64,000 nt of DNA from Lytechinus pictus. Taxonomy: Eukaryota. Position 1 is the first letter of the stretch, and every line of letters starts with the position of its first letter. This document shows positions 43,801-50,916 of the stretch, piece after piece. The stretch covers positions 5,768,001 to 5,832,000 of the forward strand of contig NC_087246.1 of NCBI RefSeq assembly GCF_037042905.1. The letters run 5' to 3'. Under the pieces are notes generated by a model. It made no database searches, was not told the origin of the DNA, and worked only from the letters and a program-made list of their open reading frames with translations. Position numbers and translations under genes: made by a program.

Positions 43801-45687
43801 ATTAATGCTCAGCTAGACAAGTGAAAGAAAACAAGCACAAAACAGCTTGGTCCATTCACTAACTGAGCCACGCCCAAGGCAAAAATTCACAAACAAAACA
43901 CAGCAAAGAGCATGAAAATTCAGCACTCTGAATCACTAAAAAATGACACAAACAAAACATGGGAAAGAGACTAGAAAATCTATTCTGAAAATCGCAATTT
44001 TGCGCAATTTGGGAAATATTACAAGATTGATATCCAGAAATAGACTTGATATTTATGATCTCTCTAAAGTTGGACGGTAAAATTAATTCAGGTTTTTCAT
44101 CCAAAGACCAAAAACAAATTGCATATAAAAGACAAGGATTGACTTGGGGCGTGTTGTACAAATGCTGTTAAAGGAAGATGGACTGACCATCTAACTCAAC
44201 ACAAGACATCACGTTCAAAGCCAATGTAAAAATAATGCTTCGCAAAATGTCAAAAATACAAATTTATTTGTGGAGTCTCGCTCCCATGCAACACAAGCAT
44301 TCAGAAAAATAATCAGAATATCGCTATCATATCACAAGCAATACAAAATCAAAAGCACAATGTATTTTTGATCTTTTAAACACTCAGAATACATCCAATA
44401 TCTACCCCCTTCCAAAAATTTATGAAAGAAGCAGAACACTCCCAAAACACACTCAAAATAAATCAAAATGAAAATGAATTGAAATCCAATGGGATACCAA
44501 TTCGCGCAAAGTAAGGTTCGCAAGCGCCACTGTGGTAATTTTAGGGGTATTAGTATTATATATCCTGTGAGGGAAAAGGGTGGAAGTGGGGTTAACAGAA
44601 GGAAACTTTAGAGATACTCACCAGACAGAAGTTGGTGCAAGGCACGGTGAAAATAAGATAACCAAAAAGCAGGCCCAAAGTAACTTGTAGATATTACTGG
44701 TGTGAAGTATTCTTGCTGTAGATGGCTATTGGTGTGATATATAATTGCCGCAGCTAGTTGGAACTCGAAGGGCGAAAGGGCGAAGCAAAGGTTGATTTGT
44801 GTAGAAGGCTCTAACACAGACGTCCTCGTCTCGCACCGGTCGACTCTCCAAGTGATGATCAGATCCCTTGGCTGGCCTGACTATGCAGCTATGCTGAGAC
44901 CTGAGTTGTGCACCCAAGCATGGATGAATGCACAGGGCTTGGGGGTTTGGGTCTATTGTTGTGTGCACACAGCCTCTAGCCCATAGTACATGTGTATTCT
45001 ATGCTCCAACCAAGGAGGCAGTTGCTCCAACCCATCCCACAGTATTACATGTATGTAGGGAGCAGTCGCGCGTGCCCCAGACTGTGGTACATTTTACCAC
45101 ATATGGATGAAGGTCTTATCGTGACACAGAATCCCGACATCGAGCACAAACTGGACCCTCAAAAAAGGAAAAGTTCTGTCTCGTTCGTTCTCTTTCTTTT
45201 CAAAATTGAAAACAAAATGGCCAATCGATACCGAGAACGAATGGAGGTCTAACTTTCCCTTTTTTTCAAGGCCTGTTTAAGCTGACAAGGGTTCCAAACT
45301 TAAGACAAGTTCCGGTTTGTGCCTCGATCGATGTCAGGATTCTGTGTCACAATAGACCTTCATCCATATAATCGAGGTAAGTGCATAATTCATTTTTTCC
45401 CCTTTTATTTGGAGTGCTATTGCGACCCCACTCTACCCCATTTTGGAGAGTTGAAGTTCCCATGTCTGCCTAACAAACAGACGTATTACACGGTCACGGA
45501 CGAGTCCTGGGCTCCGGCCCGCTTCGCGGGCCGGAGCTCCCTGGCTTTACGGCTAGGCTAGCCCAGGGAGCTCCGGCGTCTTATTACCTATTTCTATATG
45601 GGTCGTGATGCCACATCCAATGGATTTGTGAAACACAACATACAGAATGAAGATTGGTTTTAAAACAGCAGGCCAATTCATTTTCAT
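16844..45687 (-). CDS. GPLD1: Phosphatidylinositol-glycan-specific phospholipase D (GPI-PLD), complete 25-coding-exon gene, 868 aa
   Basis: Manually spliced GT-AG exons in consistent phase (transcript order): 45588-45687, 33589-33644, 32771-32849, 32010-32107, 31410-31520, 30573-30621, 30125-30185, 29448-29558, 29261-29288, 28658-28797, 28007-28199, 27559-27683, 25923-26109, 24643-24753, 23946-24020, 23476-23629, 22914-22972, 22483-22580, 21601-21794, 21091-21333, 19795-19854, 19002-19111, 18520-18546, 17744-17791, 16844-16933; total 2607 nt. The protein has a signal peptide followed by CGITTHIEIAHRA, QDAFQAGNPYPD, HSVSEDTHWSPFL, FLLGFASHQVADVSWHSLGIDQGFL, AHSVGDEGGD and YFLGGVDDMAVWS (GPLD1 Zn-dependent catalytic domain), then FG-GAP repeats (GDFNNDGHLDLLIGSP, DINLDGFVDIAVSAP, DDLIVGAP), ending VGEVYVYTLEMK*. 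Confidence 0.95.
25068..25877 (+). mobile_element. HINE/DINE-1-like non-autonomous element (Helentron-associated type), family A
   Basis: Subterminal inverted repeat GTCTCACCTGCAT near the 5' end and ATGCAGGTGAGAC at the 3' end inside the hairpin GTCTCACTCTGCTATGCAGGTGAGAC; internal ~160-200-bp tandem units with TGACCTTTGACCT; (GCC)n microsatellite; A-rich flanks. Confidence 0.75.
26345..26655 (+). repeat. ~130-bp tandem repeat, about 2.5 copies
   Basis: TTAAACT...CTTGACCTTATTGC.CTG..CTCCA...AAAGACAAGCCT.GCT.GC...AACTCACAAG.TGCTCTAATA recurs at ~26347, ~26481 and ~26608. Confidence 0.7.
34284..36478 (+). mobile_element. HINE/DINE-1-like element, family B, with ~120-140-bp tandem units; interrupted at ~35015-35798
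   Basis: Starts ACAAG...CACGCCCGCC; about nine units of AAGATGAAAACATGTCA...TGACCT...CACACCAAATTATATGAGCCTAGGTTAAG...; (GACT/GACG) microsatellite; 3' hairpin TACGCCCATC-CTA-GACGGGCGTA followed by an A-run. Confidence 0.78.
35472..35767. mobile_element. MITE-like element with 27-bp perfect inverted repeats
   Basis: TTTAATCGGGTCAAGATCACACTTTTC (35472-35498) and GAAAAGTGTGATCTTGACCCGATTAAA (35741-35767). Confidence 0.75.
36540..37000 (+). mobile_element. CR1-type LINE 3' fragment
   Basis: LSYEERLKALDLHSL...RRRRGDMIEVFKIL...HNLKHFMKRSRLDVRSKYF...; LDKFW-like downstream segment; ends near AATAATAAT. Confidence 0.8.
37515..38085 (-). repeat. 3' LTR (571 bp)
   Basis: Direct repeat of 44531-45101; adjacent to the polypurine tract (38086-38099). 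Confidence 0.95.
41671..42588 (-). CDS. Orphan acidic, Ser/Thr-rich ORF2 of the LTR element (~305 aa; frame open from ~42651)
   Basis: Longest ORF in the window; contains three GFDP(K/T)VE(S/I)DVALTTSLE repeats; no protease, RT, RNase H or integrase motif recognised; starts at GTG. Confidence 0.45.
   Translation of the reverse strand: MSILSKKKLDPPKSGSLISGNGEGFDPTVEIDVALTTSLETEGSQSSGDGFDPKVESDVALTTSLENKGFDPKVESDVALTTSLETEGSQSIPDQGLTSTVRVKLDLSNKLDEGVSLFSSGGPSLLVNTPIISESAKEQCKNIISDPLSPEVVEIEATPGNSELSDPLFHETPKVVEIVTLAKSEVTSDFVNNKTVNSDVSDSSEITIQSDLFYVDTCKIELNLLRGLNPNMQNRTIHANGAAVTQRPGVCCNDLQMRLGFERDHRRYPFRLYGTTLVPPWNCVDLFCPHTFKKMYFGIGHFMLL
42600..43292 (-). CDS. Retrotransposon gag-like protein (230 aa)
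   Basis: First ORF after the PBS. YDGINGSWEVFLQQFSRYADKAGWTARQRINNLYLCLQGQAAEL...YFDLVFELGQRFG resembles the capsid N-terminal region of invertebrate Gypsy gag (YDG..W..F...F...A...GW...L...L.G.A). Confidence 0.8.
   Translation of the reverse strand: MFSRSRWQTSSTWFTKEKVSVLDKPIYDGINGSWEVFLQQFSRYADKAGWTARQRINNLYLCLQGQAAELCAAIFECDPKIDYFDLVFELGQRFGRDSPKSYPQNVQTHRGHPAFVSQFSPYYFSSPITQSPVPNDSQDCTPFISKSCNHPRHPDEGKDSNEDCATEMASINNKLLDNILHTLSELESNHRPQPVAKRLINSVHSCPKTLLSDNHPNWEGLKIEADLQPQ
44531..45101 (-). repeat. 5' LTR (571 bp)
   Basis: Direct repeat of 37515-38085 with no differences seen by eye; the ORF-track translations at 44608/44726/44792 are identical to those at 37592/37710/37776. Adjacent to the PBS. 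Confidence 0.95.
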
Positions 45688-45699
45688 CCACTAGTTCTA

Positions 45700-45930
45700 G
45701 AATTCTGTAGACGTCGCCGATCTGTGAAATTTAATACGAACACCGAATTTTGATTCTTCACTTCAAATTCAGCCTCCGAACCGTTCCCAGCCGCCGGTAT
45801 CGTATATTTACGGTATACACGGCGCGGCAGCGGTATGGTACCCACGAAATTAAGGGTCTGTCCAAGGACCGTCTTAATTTTCGTGTCACGGTCGCCCATC
45901 TTTTATGATGCGCAGTAAGCGGGACAATTC
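45700..45930 (-). promoter_or_regulatory. CpG-rich putative GPLD1 promoter / 5' leader
   Basis: Abrupt CpG enrichment against a CpG-poor background immediately upstream of the GPLD1 ATG; YY1-like AAGATGGGCG at ~45893-45902. Confidence 0.5.
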
Positions 45931-46401
45931 CAAAATTTAGTTAACAAATAAAATTCGTTAGCTAGCTTTTAAATCAATTTTAACACAATTTCACGAGATA
46001 TTACATCATTTTATAAACTAAGATTTTGTTTCCTTCAACGGAAAATGCGTTTCACATGGCGCATCATGATAATGGGCATCATGATGACCAGTGAAAGACC
46101 CTTTCTCTCAATCGGCCCCTGGATTTTAGGCCCCTCTTGAATGACATTAATACGGGCAGACAGCTTTTTGAAACACCACCCAGCGGCTTTTTAGCCCTTC
46201 TATTTGATTAAAGAAAAGTAGAGTTAAATCAATCAAATCATGTAAAATTTTCAAATTCCATTAAAATGCAGCAGGCATATATTTTGACGTTAAGATGATC
46301 TCACTAGTATACTAACTGTGTCATTATTTGTTTTATTTTTCACCATGCATTGCAAGAAATAAATTGACAGAATATAATGTTACATTGGTACACAGTAGGA
46401 A

Positions 46402-46570
46402 CACTAGCGTACCTACGGGGGCCTGCCCCCCCCCCCCCTGACAAGCTTGAAGACCTTTATTGCCCCCCCTGACGAGCTGAAGACCTTTTTTTTTTTTTTT
46501 TTTTTTTGCTTGTCAAATTTTTTGGCGGACGGTTTTGCCCCCCCTGTGAAAAATCCCAGGTACGCCACTG
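46402..46570 (-). mobile_element. Short MITE (CACTAGCGTACC...GGTACGCCACTG), same family as 53560-53860
   Basis: Imperfect TIRs; internal sequence is the reverse complement of 53560-53860 (GGCAAAACCGTCCGCCAAAAAATT..GACAAGC; AGCTCGTCAGGGGGG). Confidence 0.7.
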
Positions 46571-49500
46571 AGTAGGAACTAAGCATAAACAAAAAAATGT
46601 TTGAAGTACTTGTTAACTTGCTAAAACATTATGTGATTGTAATGTAGTGTTGGGTACCACGTTCAGGCCTTTTAAATGCTTCTTTGATATAAAAGAAAAT
46701 CCAAGTTAAAACAAAAAAATATATATATACTGTATATATAATAAATATACACTGTTTTAAAAATACACATATGGGGTTTGGCATTATCTCTGTCAATTTC
46801 ACTCTAATATGGACATTTGAATAAACCAAAAAGAGACCTGGAAATCACAACTGTTTTCTTAAAAGTTTGTATTATCTTTATTCAGCTGACTGCAAACATG
46901 TGAATATATTTATTACATATATCCAACTCAATTCTACAGATGTATGGGGTAACACAGAAAAATATAAATTCACCTAAAATACCTACATGATAAAGACCTT
47001 GAAGAACCACGTGATAAAATATCCACCATTATTTCAGAAACGCCAACTATTTCTCATGAACCTACCTCTCATATGTCAAGACACTGAGGCATTATTAGCT
47101 TTTAATTCATTTTTCTCAGCCCTACACGATGGGAAAGGAATGTGGAAAAATAACTTAAAGTCAAAGATTTCCTGATAAGATTGTATTTTTTTAGAAGCAC
47201 ATAGATATACGGTATATAACTGTGATACTTCTACTTTGAAACTAAATGTAAATCTTTAAACATAAATTAATAAATAATATGTTACAATTTGATCACATGA
47301 AATATTTTTGTGCCTACTCTTGACTTCCAAAAGTTTGCTCCTTCTAGTAAGTGAAAACTTCTACAAATCATAGCTTATAAGGCATATAACATGTAGCATC
47401 GATATGAATATTTGACTGCTACATTCACAATAAAATATGGAGCCTAGGAAAGACAATATGTATAAGATGAACCAGGAAGCTAATATTGAATTTAAATTAT
47501 ATTTTGATTGGAAAACAAACACAAATTTTAATCCCTGAGAGCGATTTTTGAAATCAGGGTTTTGTTGCATTTTTTCTTTCCTATTACTCTGGGCATGCAA
47601 ACATCAAATAAATATGAATACTAATGTATCTTGTTGTAATCTATTAGGATTCTAATTTGAGAATCGGCTAAAACAAGACAATACAGATTGTCATGAAGAC
47701 ATGTATGTTGTTTATATTACAGAATAAAATAATTGATAAATTTATCACAAATTAATACCCAGGCAGGAGAATGCCATTACTATACACAATTTCCATAACA
47801 TCAACAAATCATTAGAGAGAAAGAGGTACCCCAACACATAATTGATAACCCATTCTTTACAGCAAACACGACGAATTTGTGCAGACATCAAAAGAAACAC
47901 GGACAGAATAGAGGGAAATAGAGAGAGGGGGAGGGGGCAGAGATGCTAAGGTCAAAGACCAGCAATGCATGAGATTGTGGGCAGGAAACCGTGACTCAGT
48001 GTGAGATCACCAGGGATTGTATATGAGGATATGCTGTGATACAGGCATGAGACTAACCAGGGGGGGGGGACAAATAAACAAAGCTATCAGCCATTTTATA
48101 TACCCTAATAACTACATTTACATAAAGCTATTTACATAAAGTGGGAGTGCTTATATATACTTTGTACTAAATCAAAACTTTGTATGATGTGAATCTATAT
48201 CATTTCTACATGAAAAAAAATACATAGCAACAATTGCATGTCTTATGAACATTACAGGCACATTAAGAAAAAAAGAATTTGTGTTCGCTATAGTCTTCAC
48301 AACCTGTTCGAATTCACCAAGATTCCAATATGAATCAAACTTCAGCTTTACAATAACTATCTTATTTAACTCTTTGTCTATCACAGACATTTAATGCATG
48401 ACCTGAGCTTTTTGATAGTAGTTCCATTTCACAAATTTTATGAGTCAATTATCTCAAAAATTACCATTTTATCTGAGATGTATGGTCATTATGGTGATGC
48501 ACATGCAAACATGCAAGTAAAACTACAATATGTTGAATGACATACACACATCGAAATATGAGCATTATACAGTGTGAAAACCAGTATAGAAGCAATTCTG
48601 CACAAGATACTAACATCATACTCAGTTCAGGCAGGAAATAATAGCACACTTCTCTCAAGTCATATCAATTCATGTGTTATGAACCTTATGATCTTGATTA
48701 CATGATGAATTCATCCCATTGCCAATACAATATAAGATATATAGAACATGATTCCTACACTACTGCCACCCTGAGTTGATTTTCTGGCATGGCATGCATT
48801 TTCTACGAGGTTATAGCCAGGTGGGTATTGCCAGAATGCATCCACGTTGGGACTCTTAAACTGACTAATCCAAAATGTTTTCTAGTGACATTATTCTCTT
48901 ATATATCACTTTGATTTGCACATGATCAAATGGTAATATATCCAAAGATAAACAATAATCTGTGTGAGCAACATTTTATGGACATAGCTCAGTGAAGAAA
49001 GAGGCTAGATGTGTAAGTTTTTTTTCCCTAGATTTATTACAATGATAGACCATTACCACAACACAGCTTCCGACACGTTGAAAAGTTGGTTCATGTATAT
49101 CTTCATTTGAAGAACAATGCAAGGTTCATAAGCATTGCTTACAAAATGAAAATAAAAGAATTTGATTATAAAGATTTCCCCATTTTTCTTTTCAATTCAT
49201 TCAGCTACATGTATTTTGAAAGAATTTTTACAGGCACCATCATAATCCTTTTTTTTAATGACTCAAGTGCTTGTATTGTCTTATGCTTTCAATAAAATGC
49301 ATATGATTGGTTACAATTTTTCATCCGTTATACATTACATTGTATCATGTTTTTATCCAATCGATATCAGGATTCTTCTTGTTGAGCATGCAGTCAGTAA
49401 TCATCATTGAACTCATGCAAACTGTCTGATCAATGTAAGGATGAGTGAAAACGTGTGTATCATGGACTGATCCCTGGACTGATCCCTGGGACTGATCCAT

Positions 49501-50492
49501 GGGCTGGAAACAATCAATTGACTGAATAAAACACATGTGCTGCAATATATCTTGCTCCAGACCTACAATCATTTAAATCTTGAGCAAAGTTTAAATATGA
49601 AGGGACATAACAAAACTTTAATATACAGACTTCTCTCTATAGCTGAATACTGTAAGAGCAAGAATTGCACATAACCCCTACCTAATGCATGGTTTAGGGA
49701 TTAACATTTTTTTCAATGTTAACTAACAAATTCTGACATGGAATACATAAGAAACAAAAGAATATAGTGATAATTGCTTTAAAATGATTTGAATATAAAA
49801 TTAATGGTTAATTAATTATCTCATTAAAGATTTAGCTACCTGTCTATGCCTAAATAGCTTCAGTGAAATTTTTGTTTGGTTATTTTTTTGACTAATGAAT
49901 CCATAAACTTGATTCGTACTGTGGAAAACCCTGTCCCTGTAGACAATGATTAAACTTTTGTTCATTGATGTTCAATATAGTCAAAGCTTGACTCTTTTAC
50001 AAGGTCACATCTATATTGTGAAAATATCTACTCTTTTCATTTTCCCATGCCATAGTTCATTATCTGTTGATAAAATGGAACATGGATTTGAATACTGGTA
50101 ATTTACATGGTAAAATCAAGAGAGACCACCCACCCTTGGTTGAATTCACTACTCCTGGTAAACTGAATGACACCCAATTAGTTTTCATTATGCAATGAAG
50201 TCTTCAGTGTCTAATAAATCACATTACTCCAGATTTATCCTGGAACCTTCTTTTACTGAAAAAAGAATACTTTAACAATTTGATATCCCTTGTTAAATGT
50301 AATGTCTAAATACATGTATATTCCCTTAAAGCTATACAAAACTATTGTTTCAAATTGGTCTTTAGGGCAGCTACTTTCTGATTGAGAATGCTGTTGACAT
50401 TTAAAGCTACTCACAATGAGCATATGCTAAGCATTGTTATATTGATTGTGAAAAAGGAAGTTCGCTGCAATCCAACAATAACAAGATAGGGT

Positions 50493-50617
50493 CTAATTTT
50501 CTGGTGAGGTGGACTCAATGCTGGAAGTTGATGTACTGGTATTGAGAACCAATGATTTCTTTGCCTGGACTTCAGCACAAATCGGAGGGCCGGGATTCTT
50601 GAGTGGTTTGGAATAAC
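50493..50617 (-). CDS. Candidate additional terminal coding exon of AACS
   Basis: Polypyrimidine tract plus AG (tttctctctttggtttaaag) precedes an open frame that joins in phase to a G|GTGTGT donor at 50961, giving ...PELQ-GYSKPLKNPG...STSPEN*. No transcript evidence is available. Confidence 0.5.
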
Positions 50618-50916
50618 CTTTAAACCAAAGAGAGAAATAAGATGTTAATAAGTAACGTCTGAGCCTTAAGTTAGAGTTTGTTAGCATGCCTAGGTTGGCC
50701 AAGTAAATCATACTTCTAGAGGTAGTGTCCCTGCAATTCCACAAATGAGTTTTTTTTTATAAAAAATAATTTAAAACCAAATAGCCAATTCAACTCAAAT
50801 GATCAAAAACTGCTGCCTTCGAACTTAATCACCATTACCACACAAAGTATTCACTTGAAGTATTTTTTTTCATTAATGAAATAATGATATTTTTGAATGA
50901 TTCTTTAAACTGGACA

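Larger units (their letters stand above)
37515..45101 (-). mobile_element. Ty3/Gypsy-like LTR retroelement, non-autonomous (gag-like ORF, no recognisable pol), in GPLD1 intron 1
   Basis: Direct 571-bp LTRs at 37515-38085 and 44531-45101 with TGTGGTAA...TTACCACA termini; 4-bp TSD TATG (37511-37514 / 45102-45105). On the minus strand, a PBS-like TGGCGCTTGCGAAC follows the 44531 LTR and a polypurine tract AAAGTCGGGGGGAG precedes the 38085 LTR. Confidence 0.93.
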
